Positions 49,678-60,006 are shown, counted from the first letter of the stretch. The stretch: DNA of 60,661 bases from Bacteroidales bacterium (GCA_023229985.1 JALNYF010000004.1:1-60661), one strand, 5' to 3'. Notes: generated by a model from the sequence alone, not told the origin. Made by a program: numbers and translations.

Positions 49678-50765
49678 TATTGGTTCTCCTTCAATTTAGA
49701 CTCCTCAGAAGAAACCGTCACTGCAACTTTTTTCTTGGGAGGAAATAAGATGGAAGCTAATATGCTGACTAACAATATTCCTAAAATAACAAAGAGTGAT
49801 GCTGCCGTGCTGATATGAAAATCTGGAAAGACAAACGGAAGAATCATTTTTACCCCAATAAATGTTAAAAGGACTGCCAAGCCCACTTTCAAATAATAGA
49901 ACTTGTCCATTACACTTTCCAACATAAAGAAAAGTGACCGGAGACCTAAAATGGCAAAAATATTGGAAAAGAATACGATAAACGGGTCTTGCGTGACAGA
50001 AAAGATGGCAGGAATCGAATCAAAAGCAAAAATCACGTCGGAAAATTCGATAATCAACAACACAATAAAAAGCGGGGTGCACAGCCAGCGTCCGTCAATT
50101 TTATGAAAAAAGTCGTGCCCTTTAAATTCTGAAGTGGATAACTTTCGTTTCGACAGAAACTTCACAAGGGGGTGGTTGGCGGAATCAATACTCTCTCTCT
50201 TATTTCTGTTTAAAAACATTTTAATACCGGTAAATACCAAAATACCGCCAAAAAGAAGTAATATCCAATGGAATTGCTGAATTAACGCCGAGGCAGCGAA
50301 GATAAAGACAAAACGAAGTACGATCGCGCCCAAGATGCCGAAAAATAATACCCGATGATAATATTTTTTCTCAACCCCAAATGCCATAAAAATCATAATC
50401 ATCACAAAAATATTATCGATGGAAAGGGCTTTTTCGATTAAATAACCGGTAATATATTCCAGTGACATAGCGTGGCGATACATGGTAAGTCCTTCATTAA
50501 AAGAGACATTATCCAAATTCAGCCCGTGACCGTGCAGTTTATTGAGCTTTATTAAATCCTCCATTCCCGAAACACCGTGAATCAATTCCGCTTTAAACAA
50601 AATAAAAACGTAAAACAACAAAGCAAAGCCGATCCAAATACCCGTCCAGATAGCAGCTTCTTTAAAGCGAATGACGTGATCCTTTTTGTGAAATACGCCC
50701 AAATCCAAAACAAGTAACACTGTAACTAATCCAATAAACAGCGTAAAAAAGATTATTTCGTTCAT
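49677..50765 (-). CDS. TerC family integral membrane protein
   Basis: Multi-TM protein with YITGYLIEKALSIDNIFVMIMIF and a second FAFDSIPAIF repeat, typical of TerC/Alx. Confidence 0.85.
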   Translation of the reverse strand: MNEIIFFTLFIGLVTVLLVLDLGVFHKKDHVIRFKEAAIWTGIWIGFALLFYVFILFKAELIHGVSGMEDLIKLNKLHGHGLNLDNVSFNEGLTMYRHAMSLEYITGYLIEKALSIDNIFVMIMIFMAFGVEKKYYHRVLFFGILGAIVLRFVFIFAASALIQQFHWILLLFGGILVFTGIKMFLNRNKRESIDSANHPLVKFLSKRKLSTSEFKGHDFFHKIDGRWLCTPLFIVLLIIEFSDVIFAFDSIPAIFSVTQDPFIVFFSNIFAILGLRSLFFMLESVMDKFYYLKVGLAVLLTFIGVKMILPFVFPDFHISTAASLFVILGILLVSILASILFPPKKKVAVTVSSEESKLKENQ

Positions 50766-50792
50766 CTAAGAGATAAGATTAAAATTGAGCGG

Positions 50793-50800
50793 CAAAGGTA
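50793..50800 (-). promoter_or_regulatory. candidate -7 promoter box (TACCTTTG on the minus strand) for terC-dxr-rseP
   Basis: TAnnTTTG consensus 28 nt upstream of the ATG at 50765. Confidence 0.45.
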
Positions 50801-50809
50801 CACAATTTT

Positions 50810-51976
50810 TTAAAATTGTGGATTGCCGCGGAAATATTTTTTAAATTGAGGATAAGATTTGACAACGCAAGCTGTATCAGATAAATCGATGCGATAACGC
50901 AAAGCAAACAACGAAAATGCCATCACCCAGCGATGGTCGCTATAAGTTTGAAAAAACAAGGGAGCAGTATCTTCAACATAAATATCTTTTTTACAAATAG
51001 TTAAAGTGGAATCAGTCGCCATCGACAAAGCGGCAAAAGGCGATAACTCTTTGTATAAAATATTCAATCGATTGGATTCTTTATGGTTTAAATTTTGTAA
51101 ACCGTTCATGGTGAGAGAAAAAGGAGATAAAACCGCGGCTACGGCTACAACCGGTGCCAAGTCGGGATGGTCAAGAAAGGAGAGACAAAGTGACGGCAAT
51201 TCTCCCCTATTTTTTTTGGTAATTCGGAGGTCGTTTCCTGATTGCATGGAGGCAATTCCCATCTCGGAAAACCATTCGGCTACAATGCTATCTCCCTGAA
51301 TACTATTCAGATGCAAATTTTCAAGGGTTAATTCCTCTAAATCCGATAAAAGCAAAAATGCGTACCAAAAGGCAGCCGTACTCCAATCGCTTTCTACTTC
51401 ATAAGTTGGATGACTTTTTACTATTTCAAGAACACGCCGTGTCATCGTAATATAGGGAAATGAGGAAGTTTCGGGAGGAAAATGAATGTGCTGCGCGCCA
51501 ATTTTGTCGGCAATCAGAAGCAAAGAACTTGCAAACTGACTGCTTTCACGTCCGTCAATTGTCAATTCTGTGGCATGCAGTTCCTTCCCGACAATGTATA
51601 GTCCTTCATCGGTTTCCCGAATGTCGGCATCAATACTTTTAAGTGCTTGAATAACAGGTGAAATCGGTCTGTTAATTAATCTGTTGGTTCCGGTTAAGAA
51701 CCAGTTTCCGGGCGTAATGGCAAGCACCGAAAGCAAAAAACGGTAAGCGGTTCCACAATCTTTCACATCAATGGTTGTGCAGTCCGAACCGCCGGTATGG
51801 GTGTCAATCAATTGCAAACAACGATGCACAATTTTGGCATCTTCCGCATCTTGGTCAGCCACATTGCCGATATGATGATTGTAGAGAAAGTCAGCAATTA
51901 AATAGCGGATTAGCAGGCTTTTAGAGCGGTTTAGCCGAATAATTTCGTGATTGGAAACATGGAAAGATCTTACCAT
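50810..51976 (-). CDS. aroA: 3-phosphoshikimate 1-carboxyvinyltransferase (EPSP synthase, divergent Bacteroidota type)
   Basis: RSKSLLIRYLI (the LPxSKS region), DCGTAYRFL, NRPI, SSQF, DHPDLAPV, KESNR, SDHRWVMAF and KSYPQF align in order with the AroA catalytic motifs. Confidence 0.8.
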   Translation of the reverse strand: MVRSFHVSNHEIIRLNRSKSLLIRYLIADFLYNHHIGNVADQDAEDAKIVHRCLQLIDTHTGGSDCTTIDVKDCGTAYRFLLSVLAITPGNWFLTGTNRLINRPISPVIQALKSIDADIRETDEGLYIVGKELHATELTIDGRESSQFASSLLLIADKIGAQHIHFPPETSSFPYITMTRRVLEIVKSHPTYEVESDWSTAAFWYAFLLLSDLEELTLENLHLNSIQGDSIVAEWFSEMGIASMQSGNDLRITKKNRGELPSLCLSFLDHPDLAPVVAVAAVLSPFSLTMNGLQNLNHKESNRLNILYKELSPFAALSMATDSTLTICKKDIYVEDTAPLFFQTYSDHRWVMAFSLFALRYRIDLSDTACVVKSYPQFKKYFRGNPQF

Positions 51977-52554
51977 TCTAAAATGCCGTTAACCGGATGA
52001 TTTTTTCTCCATTCCATTAATTCTGCGTAAGATTTTACTCCGTCCTGAATGACCGCTTTGTAATACTCAATCCCCATTATCTTTTGATCTTCAGGAGTTT
52101 CATATTTTAATTGAAGAATGGTATGTTTTTTTTCGTCCGTCAGTTGCGCTTCGATTTGTTGCATCACATTTTCGAAATAACCATCATAAAAAGAGCCTTT
52201 TACAATATGAATCATGTCAATTTGCCACAATTCCTTGTTTTGGTCTATATAGGATGCGTGCCACTCCAAACAATGCTCATTGGTATTGATCAAATTTCTA
52301 TATAATATTTCTTTAACATTTTCATTAGCAGCTAATTCTGTTATTGCAGCGAAACTATCCTTCATGATGCTCTGCGAATTGGAATAGATATGAAAATCTA
52401 TGTCGCGATGCTTCATGAGCAGTCCTAATTTCAGGGAGCCAATGAGGTGTATTTCGGCGTTGTGACGCTCCCAAATATCCATAATTCGGGTATTTCGAAT
52501 AATTTCCCACGCACGATATTGCCTCTTTCGTGAAAATGAATATAAATCGTCCAT
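51970..52554 (-). CDS. Pol-beta-type nucleotidyltransferase-fold protein (possibly DUF4269-like)
   Basis: NTase signature GS-x10-DID in LIGSLKLGLLMKHRDIDFHIY. Length is 194 aa and it overlaps the aroA start by 7 nt. The family name is from memory only. Confidence 0.5.
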   Translation of the reverse strand: MDDLYSFSRKRQYRAWEIIRNTRIMDIWERHNAEIHLIGSLKLGLLMKHRDIDFHIYSNSQSIMKDSFAAITELAANENVKEILYRNLINTNEHCLEWHASYIDQNKELWQIDMIHIVKGSFYDGYFENVMQQIEAQLTDEKKHTILQLKYETPEDQKIMGIEYYKAVIQDGVKSYAELMEWRKNHPVNGILEW

Positions 52555-52767
52555 TATAAATCTATTTGATTATCAATATTTTATTAAAAAAATCTGTTTA
52601 TAAAAAATAAAAAAAGCAAGTTAAAAATTACATTTTGAATTGAGAGAAAATTTTTGCAAAAATATAGAAAAAACAGGAATCCCGAATAATATAACAGAAG
52701 ATTATTTTTTAGTAGTTATATATATAAAAATAAAATCATAGAAAAAGGTTTGTATTGATTTTTTTTG

Positions 52768-52775
52768 TACTTTTG
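52768..52775 (+). promoter_or_regulatory. candidate -7 promoter box (TACTTTTG) for the glycogen-synthase-like gene
   Basis: The TAnnTTTG consensus lies inside the ORF-track N-terminal extension, so the start is more likely the ATG at 52789. Confidence 0.45.
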
Positions 52776-52788
52776 CACTCTGAAAATT

Positions 52789-53619
52789 ATGAGTATGGGA
52801 AAAAAAAGAATACTGTACATTGCTCCTGAGATTTATCCTTATCTTCCAGAGAGTTATCTTGCAAACATTTGTAGATTTTTGCCGCAAGGCATTCAGGAAA
52901 GGGAAAATGAAATCAGAACATTTATGCCCAAGTTTGGGTGTATCAATGAGCGAAAAAACCAACTGCACGAAGTAATTCGTTTATCAGGTCAGAACATCAT
53001 TGTCAATAATTTCGATCATCCGTTGATTATCAAAGTTGCCTCACTTCAAGTGGTCAGGATGCAGATTTATTTTATAGATAGCGATGATTTTTTTAGAAGA
53101 AAACATATTTTTTATGATGAAAAAGGTGATTTTTTTGCTGATAATGATGAAAGAATGATTTTTTTCGCCAAAGGAGTGATTGAAACTGTAAGGAAATTGG
53201 GATGGAATCCGGATATTGTACATTGTCACGGCTGGATGTCAAGTTTAGTCCCAATATTTATCAAAACATGCTATAAAGACAACCCACTTTTTCAAGATAC
53301 CCGAATTGTTTATTCAATTTATGATGACCAATTTACCCAAATGTTAGATGCCAATTTTGCAAAAAAGCTAGAAGGAACGGGTATTGACGCATCATTCATT
53401 AAGCATTTGAGAACCCCCAACTATGAAAGTTTAATGCAAACCGCAGTTGATTTTTCTGATGCTGTTGTTGTGGCACAAGATCATATCAACAGCAAAATAC
53501 TCTCTTACCTCGACAACTATCCACGAACCGTGTTTACCCACCCACAGAGCGATTCATACGTTGATGAATATGATGTTTTTTACGATAATTTGGTAGAAAA
53601 AGAGCCGATAACCTTTTAA
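52789..53619 (+). CDS. short glycogen/starch-synthase-like protein (GT5 N-terminal Rossmann half only)
   Basis: KRILYIAPEIYPY...DIVHCHGWMSSLVPIFIK resembles the GlgA N-terminal domain. At about 276 aa it has no C-terminal nucleotide-sugar-binding half. Confidence 0.7.
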   Translation: MSMGKKRILYIAPEIYPYLPESYLANICRFLPQGIQERENEIRTFMPKFGCINERKNQLHEVIRLSGQNIIVNNFDHPLIIKVASLQVVRMQIYFIDSDDFFRRKHIFYDEKGDFFADNDERMIFFAKGVIETVRKLGWNPDIVHCHGWMSSLVPIFIKTCYKDNPLFQDTRIVYSIYDDQFTQMLDANFAKKLEGTGIDASFIKHLRTPNYESLMQTAVDFSDAVVVAQDHINSKILSYLDNYPRTVFTHPQSDSYVDEYDVFYDNLVEKEPITF

Positions 53620-53621
53620 TA

Positions 53622-54923
53622 ATGAAAAAATATTTTCCAAGTCTCCTTCTCATAACTGTTATCATAATCCTTGCAGGCTGCAAAAAAGATATTGATACCA
53701 TTGGACTCAATCTTCAAGACGAATCCCTGCTTAACGCAGATTTTATCCAAGTTCCCGTAACCGCCCACTCCGTTTTCGAGGATTCTATTTATACTAAAAA
53801 CCTGCTGAATAATATGCTGGGGTACATCAACGACCCTGTTTTTGGTAAAACACAAGCCGGTTTTTGTTCTCAATTTGTCCTGTCCGGCAGTAATGTCAGC
53901 TTCGATAATATCACTCCTGTCATTGACTCCGTGGTTTTAACCCTGCAATGTTCCGGCTATTTTGGCGATACCCTCTCCCCTATGAGAGTGGAAGTCTATG
54001 AGTTAGCCGAAGAACTATCAAAATCAGCCTACTATAACCATGATGTCAGCGCAACCACAGGTGGAAATCTTACCTATTCCAATTCTCCGATATATCCCAA
54101 ACCTACGACATCTGTAGTTATAGAATCAACGACTTCCGCTGCTCATCTTCGTATTCGCCTTAGCGACGAGTTTGGACGACATCTGTTGCAAGATTGCGAT
54201 TTATCATCAACGTCTGAATTTCAGAAAGACTTCTATGGCTTGTTGGTAAATGCTCAATTAGTCAATCCTTCACAAACCGGCAGTCTTTGCTACTTGAGCT
54301 TAACCTCCGCCATGTCGGGGATCTCAGTTTATTATTCGTTAGATGGGGTTCATAAAAAATATGCTTTCCCGATTAGTTCGGCATGTACTCGCTACAATTT
54401 CTTCCGTCACGACTATTCTACCGCCTCCGCTAATTTGCAAAATCAACTGATAAACGGACAAACACAATTGGGCGAAACCGAATTGTACGTTCAACCTACC
54501 GCCGGCATTAAAACACATCTGAATATGCCCGAATTGCCGACTCTCTTTGCCGACAAGAATGTGGTCATCAATAAAGCAGAATTGGTAATTACCAATATTT
54601 CGCAAGATGAAGTTCATCTGTTTAACCCCTACAACCTTGGCTTACAATTAGTGAATGAAGACGAAACCACTACCTACCTACCTGATGATGCCGTTTACAC
54701 ATCGACAGACTATTTTGGAGGAATCTATGACGAAAACACACATGAATATCGTTTCAGGATTACCAATTATGTCCAGAAAATAATCAAAAACGGAATTCAC
54801 GATAAAGGTATCAATATAGTAGTAGCAGGCGCGGGCATCCGAGGGAACCGCTTAATTTTCCGAGGAACCGATGGAAGCTATTCTGATAGATTGCGTTTAG
54901 ACATTTATTATACGGTTTACTAA
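53622..54923 (+). CDS. lipoprotein, DUF4270-like
   Basis: Lipoprotein signal MKKYFPSLLLITVIIILAGCKKD. It sits between the short glycogen-synthase-like gene and glmS, as I recall for DUF4270 genes in Bacteroidales. Confidence 0.6.
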   Translation: MKKYFPSLLLITVIIILAGCKKDIDTIGLNLQDESLLNADFIQVPVTAHSVFEDSIYTKNLLNNMLGYINDPVFGKTQAGFCSQFVLSGSNVSFDNITPVIDSVVLTLQCSGYFGDTLSPMRVEVYELAEELSKSAYYNHDVSATTGGNLTYSNSPIYPKPTTSVVIESTTSAAHLRIRLSDEFGRHLLQDCDLSSTSEFQKDFYGLLVNAQLVNPSQTGSLCYLSLTSAMSGISVYYSLDGVHKKYAFPISSACTRYNFFRHDYSTASANLQNQLINGQTQLGETELYVQPTAGIKTHLNMPELPTLFADKNVVINKAELVITNISQDEVHLFNPYNLGLQLVNEDETTTYLPDDAVYTSTDYFGGIYDENTHEYRFRITNYVQKIIKNGIHDKGINIVVAGAGIRGNRLIFRGTDGSYSDRLRLDIYYTVY

Positions 54924-54945
54924 TCATTTCTAAAAATTTTTGCTT

Positions 54946-56790
54946 ATGTGTGGAATTGTGGCATACACGGGAAGTAATGAAGCTTACCCGATTCTCATTA
55001 AAGGATTGAAACGGTTGGAATATAGGGGATATGACAGTGCCGGCGTGGCTTTGTCGCAAGGTAATAAAATCGGTTTGTACAAATGTAGAGGGCGCGTAGC
55101 AGACTTGGACTTATTCTGTTCAGACAAAGACATCAAAGCCTGTGCCGGAATTGCGCATACCCGATGGGCAACGCATGGCGAACCCAACACCCAAAATGCC
55201 CACCCACATTTATCGGAAGATGGGAAAATAGCACTCATCCACAACGGTATCGTTGAAAATTACCTTGTCTTGAAAAAAGAATTGATGAGCCGCGGATACA
55301 AATTCCAAAGCAATACCGATACCGAAGTATTGGTTCATTTGATTCAGGATATATTTGTTAAGGAACAGGTTCCGTTGGAAGAGGCGGTACGCATTGCCCT
55401 TGGTGGCGTGGTGGGAACTTATGCTTTGGCTATTCTGTCGGCAGATAATCCGGGGCAAATCATCTTAGCAAAAAAAGGCAGCCCGCTCCTGATTGGGATC
55501 GGTGATAATGAGTATTATGTCGGCTCTGACGGCGCACCCATCGTTGAATATACTAAAAAAGTAGTCTATTTGGAAGATGGAGACGTGGCAGTGGTGGCAC
55601 CACAAAAGAAATTGGTTATCAGAAATATCAATGACAATGCCAAAAAACGCCCTTATTGGCAGAAATTGGAGATGAACTTGGAACAATTAGAAAAGGACGG
55701 CTTTGAACATTATATGCTGAAAGAGATTTTTGAACAACCGAAAGCCATTCGCGACAGCATGCGCGGCAGGCTAAATGTTCAAAAAGACGTTGTTTCATTG
55801 GGCGGCATTATTGAATATGAAACGAAAATGATGAACGCTCGCAGATTCATCATCGTGGCTTGCGGAACTTCCTACCACGCAGGGTTGGTAGCCGAATATC
55901 TGTTTGAAAACATAGCCCGTATACCCGTCGAAGTGGAATACGCTTCGGAATTTAGATACCGGAACCCGTTGATTTATGAAGATGACGTGATCATCGCTAT
56001 TTCCCAATCCGGCGAAACGGCAGATACCATTGCCGCCGTTGAATTGGCAAAACGAAAAGGGGCAACCGTCATCGGCATTTGCAACGTCGTTGGCTCTACG
56101 CTGGCACGCGCTACCAACGCCGGCTCATATACCCACGCCGGTCCCGAAATCGGCGTCGCCTCCACCAAAGCCTTTACCGCTCAAGTTACTGTCTTGACTC
56201 TGATGGCTCTCAGCATCGCCCGCAAAAAAGGAACACTTGCCCTCTCCGAATATCACCAAATTATTGGCTGCCTCGAAGATATTCCAGAGAAAGTAAACGA
56301 AATTTTACAATTAGATGACATCATTAAAGATATTTCCACCCATTTTGTCAATAAAAGAAATGCCATTTACTTGGGACGCGGCGTTAATTACCCCGTTGCC
56401 TTGGAAGGTGCACTGAAACTGAAAGAGATCTCCTATATCCACGCCGAAGGCTACCCATCAGCAGAAATGAAACACGGTCCCATCGCCCTTATTGACGAAG
56501 AAATGCCCGTCATCGTTCTCGCTACAGAACAAGAAACTTACGAAAAAACGGTGAGCAATATTCAGGAAGTGATTGCCAGAAAAGGAAGAATCATCTCTAT
56601 CGTAACCAAAGGCGATACTTTAGTGAAAGAAATGTCAAACTATTGCATCGAAATCCCCGCTACTACCGAATTGCTGACCCCACTGATATCCTGCATCCCG
56701 TTGCAGTTATTGGCTTATCACGTAGCCGTACTGCGCGGTTGCAACGTGGATAAACCCCGAAACTTGGCAAAATCCGTCTCCGTAGAATAA
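54946..56790 (+). CDS. glmS: glutamine--fructose-6-phosphate aminotransferase (isomerizing)
   Basis: MCGIVAY with the catalytic Cys2, two SIS domains and a C-terminal ...KPRNLAKSVSVE. The ORF-track start at 54940 is a TTG two codons upstream. Confidence 0.96.
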   Translation: MCGIVAYTGSNEAYPILIKGLKRLEYRGYDSAGVALSQGNKIGLYKCRGRVADLDLFCSDKDIKACAGIAHTRWATHGEPNTQNAHPHLSEDGKIALIHNGIVENYLVLKKELMSRGYKFQSNTDTEVLVHLIQDIFVKEQVPLEEAVRIALGGVVGTYALAILSADNPGQIILAKKGSPLLIGIGDNEYYVGSDGAPIVEYTKKVVYLEDGDVAVVAPQKKLVIRNINDNAKKRPYWQKLEMNLEQLEKDGFEHYMLKEIFEQPKAIRDSMRGRLNVQKDVVSLGGIIEYETKMMNARRFIIVACGTSYHAGLVAEYLFENIARIPVEVEYASEFRYRNPLIYEDDVIIAISQSGETADTIAAVELAKRKGATVIGICNVVGSTLARATNAGSYTHAGPEIGVASTKAFTAQVTVLTLMALSIARKKGTLALSEYHQIIGCLEDIPEKVNEILQLDDIIKDISTHFVNKRNAIYLGRGVNYPVALEGALKLKEISYIHAEGYPSAEMKHGPIALIDEEMPVIVLATEQETYEKTVSNIQEVIARKGRIISIVTKGDTLVKEMSNYCIEIPATTELLTPLISCIPLQLLAYHVAVLRGCNVDKPRNLAKSVSVE

Positions 56791-56835
56791 TTCTTGTTAT
56801 TCTTCCAAGGCGCAGTTAGAACCAAAATACAATTT

Positions 56836-57699
56836 ATGATTATAGATAAGTTATTTCAACAAGTAGCAAATAAAGGACATGTATGCGTTGGATTAGATAC
56901 GGATTATGCCTATCTGCCCGATACATTGAAACGACAAAACGCGAATATTGAAGATGCCATTTTCGCGTTTAACACCGAAATTATCCAAGCGACCTTGGAC
57001 GTAGTGGCATGCTATAAAGTACAAATTGCTTATTATGAGGCACTTGGCGTACAAGGAATGAGATGTTATCAACGCACATTGGAATATTTGCGTCTTCATG
57101 GTGCCATCGTTATAGCCGATATTAAACGGGGTGATATTGCCAAAACCGCCGAAATGTACGCCCGCGCACACTTTACCGGTGACTTTGAAGCCGATTTCAT
57201 TACCGTCAATCCTTATATGGGTTTAGATACAATATCCCCTTATATACCTTATATTCAAAATAATAACAAAGGAATTTTTGCACTACTACGGACTTCCAAT
57301 GCCGGTTCAAAAGATATTGAGTGCTTGCTGACAGACAAAGGAGAACGCGTTTGTGATACTGTGGGCAGACAGATTGCCCAAATGGGGGAATCGTTGATCG
57401 GTTCATGTGGCTATTCTGCGCTGGGGGGCGTTGTAGGCTGTACTTTTGCCGACGAAGCCAAGGAGATGAGAAAAAATCTGCCGACCACTTTTTTCCTGAT
57501 TCCGGGATATGGTGCACAAGGCGGGAAAGCCGAAGATATTGCACTTTGCCTTCACAAAGGAAACGGCGGCGTGGTCAATGCCTCACGCTCCATTCTGTTG
57601 GCTTATAAAAAAATAGAAAATGGAGAAAGCAATTTTGCCGAATGCGCTCGTAATGAGGCAATTCGTATGAAAAATGATATTCTTAATGCTATAATTTAG
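56836..57699 (+). CDS. pyrF: orotidine 5'-phosphate decarboxylase (type 2)
   Basis: VCVGLDTD...ADIKRGDIAKT...LIPGYGAQGG. The start is set at the ATG at 56836; the ORF-track start at 56794 is a TTG. Confidence 0.88.
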   Translation: MIIDKLFQQVANKGHVCVGLDTDYAYLPDTLKRQNANIEDAIFAFNTEIIQATLDVVACYKVQIAYYEALGVQGMRCYQRTLEYLRLHGAIVIADIKRGDIAKTAEMYARAHFTGDFEADFITVNPYMGLDTISPYIPYIQNNNKGIFALLRTSNAGSKDIECLLTDKGERVCDTVGRQIAQMGESLIGSCGYSALGGVVGCTFADEAKEMRKNLPTTFFLIPGYGAQGGKAEDIALCLHKGNGGVVNASRSILLAYKKIENGESNFAECARNEAIRMKNDILNAII

Positions 57700-57704
57700 T
57701 TCGT

Positions 57705-58451
57705 ATGGAATATTTTCAAACCAAGGTCATCAATCATTACCAAGTTGGAAAAGGTATTTTTGTAATGGAGCTTGTCGCAAACGGAAGCCGGTGCCGCGCC
57801 GGACAATTCTTTATGCTCAAAACTGCCGATGCCTCGCGCCCCCTAATGCGCCCCATCAGCATTTACCAAGCCACTGACAACTCTGTTTCATTCATGTACC
57901 GCATCAGCGGACAAGGAACGGAAGAATTATCACATTTAAAAAACAACGATACCATATTTATATTAGGACCCTTGGGAAATGGATTTCCATGCGAAAAAGT
58001 GAGCGGACGAATTGCTCTGATTGGAGGTGGCATCGGAATTGCCCCGCTATGGTTTACCGCGGAAACTTTATTAAAAAACACTGAAAATGAAGTAGATGTA
58101 TATCTTGGCTACCGCGATGAACTGTTTGCGCTCGATCATTTTGTGATTTTGGATACAGATTTTTTTATTGCAACAGAGTATGGAGATGAAGGTTATCATG
58201 GATTGATAACGGACTTGTTCGAACCTGATCATTATGACGCTGTTTTTGCGTGCGGTCCCGAACCCATGATGAAGGCAGTTTTTACCATGTGCAAAGAGGT
58301 GCGAACACCGCTGTGGATTTCAGCCGAAAGGCGTATGGCTTGCGGCGTTGGGGCTTGTTTGGGTTGCGCCTTCCCTACCCTGAACGGCGTAAAAAGAGTA
58401 TGTAAAGATGGTCCGGTTTTTGCCGATAAAGAGTTGTGTTGGGAATCATAG
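57705..58451 (+). CDS. pyrK: dihydroorotate dehydrogenase electron-transfer subunit (PyrK-like)
   Basis: FAD/NAD-binding ferredoxin-reductase fold (RPISIY, GGGIGIAP) and a C-terminal 2Fe-2S motif CGVGACLGC. Confidence 0.82.
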   Translation: MEYFQTKVINHYQVGKGIFVMELVANGSRCRAGQFFMLKTADASRPLMRPISIYQATDNSVSFMYRISGQGTEELSHLKNNDTIFILGPLGNGFPCEKVSGRIALIGGGIGIAPLWFTAETLLKNTENEVDVYLGYRDELFALDHFVILDTDFFIATEYGDEGYHGLITDLFEPDHYDAVFACGPEPMMKAVFTMCKEVRTPLWISAERRMACGVGACLGCAFPTLNGVKRVCKDGPVFADKELCWES

Positions 58452-58697
58452 ATGATAAATATGCCGTTTTGGATACGCAACGGTTGCTCATGGTCAACTA
58501 TCAAGACTTGCAAATATCCAAATTATTAAAAAAATAAAAATACCCAAGATTATTCACGCAATTTTCCACAATAAAAAGTAGTAATGACATTTTTTGACGA
58601 GGCATATTTCCCAACCGCTCAATAAATTGCCCGACGAAACAAAAAATAAAATAAGTCGTTTACCATGAAAATATCTTACAAATCAAGATAAAAAATG

Positions 58698-58705
58698 TAC
58701 CTTTG
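58698..58705 (+). promoter_or_regulatory. candidate -7 promoter box (TACCTTTG) for the 58763 gene
   Basis: TAnnTTTG consensus 58 nt upstream of the TTG start. Confidence 0.4.
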
Positions 58706-58762
58706 TTCTCACTTGTTATTGTGTAAAATATTTTGTAAACAATTAAAAATAAAGACATTAAC

Positions 58763-59659
58763 TTGAAAAAATCTTTTATTATCTTTCTAATTTTAGCGCT
58801 GTTTATTCCGCAATGGGGTTGGTCGCAGCGCGACAAATCCGAGGATGATTCCAATTTTTCTCCCGGAGTTGATTTTATCATTGGCGGCGGAATCTATTTT
58901 GGAAGTAAAAAGACCGCCGGATACTACAGCGGACAACCTCAGAATGAGAACAATCTGAATTATATCTTTAATAATGATTCGTTTAAAGAAATTATTCTCA
59001 AACGCATTACGGATAATAACAATTATGTCTCTTCAACCGACACTAACATTGGTATTAAGGAATATCCCACTGCCGTGAAGTACAAACCCGCTATGTCAGT
59101 GATGTTAGGTGCCTCCTATCGTTTTAATAAACATTGGCGGCTGAGCATCTATTACACCTTTGCCCGCTTGACGGCAAAAGATATTTTTACGGTTTCTTAT
59201 ACCAATTCGGTGCCGGGAAATGAACGAAACGACTATCTGCAATATCTGCTGATTGGGAAGGAAAATCGCTCTTTTATTGATGTGACCGGCTCATATACTT
59301 TCGACGCAAGCCAATACATCAAACCATTCATAGAATTAGGCGCACAATTTAACTTCGTGAAAGTCAAGAGTTTCGATGCTGTCATTGAGGATTTTGAATA
59401 TAATCTGTTGGATATTTACGGAGGTGCAACTTATGTACAAGGTGTCCCTATGCAAGAGTTTGAACCGAACTACGGCGGTGCCGGTTTCGCCTTCACCGGA
59501 ACGGCGGGTATTAAATTCTGTTTTAACGAGAATATCTCCATAGATCCGATATTTTATATTTCATGGGGAAAAATACACTTGACTGACTATAACAATTTTC
59601 ACTTTAATTACGGCGCATACGTGCGCTTGGTAATGAGTGATGGATTGTTTAAAAAATAA
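58763..59659 (+). CDS. hypothetical exported protein, possibly an outer-membrane beta-barrel
   Basis: TTG start followed by a convincing signal peptide (KKSFIIFLILALFIPQWGWSQ). Alternating aromatic and hydrophobic beta-strand patterns run throughout. I recognise no family. Confidence 0.55.
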   Translation: MKKSFIIFLILALFIPQWGWSQRDKSEDDSNFSPGVDFIIGGGIYFGSKKTAGYYSGQPQNENNLNYIFNNDSFKEIILKRITDNNNYVSSTDTNIGIKEYPTAVKYKPAMSVMLGASYRFNKHWRLSIYYTFARLTAKDIFTVSYTNSVPGNERNDYLQYLLIGKENRSFIDVTGSYTFDASQYIKPFIELGAQFNFVKVKSFDAVIEDFEYNLLDIYGGATYVQGVPMQEFEPNYGGAGFAFTGTAGIKFCFNENISIDPIFYISWGKIHLTDYNNFHFNYGAYVRLVMSDGLFKK

Positions 59660-60006
59660 AATTGAGTTGCAATGCTTTGATAAGCAAGGTTGGAAATTTA
59701 TTAATTTGTTCCGCAATAATAGCTAATCAAGTAAAATAAATATTGTTCGTTCATTGAACCGGAAACATTACCCAAATGAACATTCGCAATACGCTGATAT
59801 TTCGAAAAAAATCTGAAATATTGTCTTAAAAGTGTGTGATTTCTCGGTTTAATCTGTTGGCAATTAATCAAAGTATCGTCCAAGAAGCCGGCATTTTCAT
59901 GTGGTTTATTTGTTGTTGTGAAACAGCCTTCGAAAGGCAGTGCGTGGCAGGCTTGTCTCGTGGTATTAAAGCATGATATAATAGTGCGATGGGCGACGAG
60001 AAAATT

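Noticed and set aside
50766-50809. A possible yybP-ykoY (manganese) riboswitch upstream of the TerC-family gene.
   Set aside because: Only 44 bp separate terC from aroA and most of that is a promoter box plus a short leader. There is no room for the ~100-nt four-helix riboswitch.
54924-54945. A possible glmS ribozyme upstream of glmS.
   Set aside because: The upstream gap is only about 22 nt. The ribozyme is a Gram-positive feature of about 170 nt.
59701-60003. A stop-free minus-strand frame of about 100 codons (the ORF track lists its last 60 aa) between the exported-protein gene and the Rpn gene.
   Set aside because: It has no ATG; the listed start is a TTG. I could not recognise a family or find a promoter box. 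It could be a gene fragment, but I cannot support calling it a CDS or a specific pseudogene.
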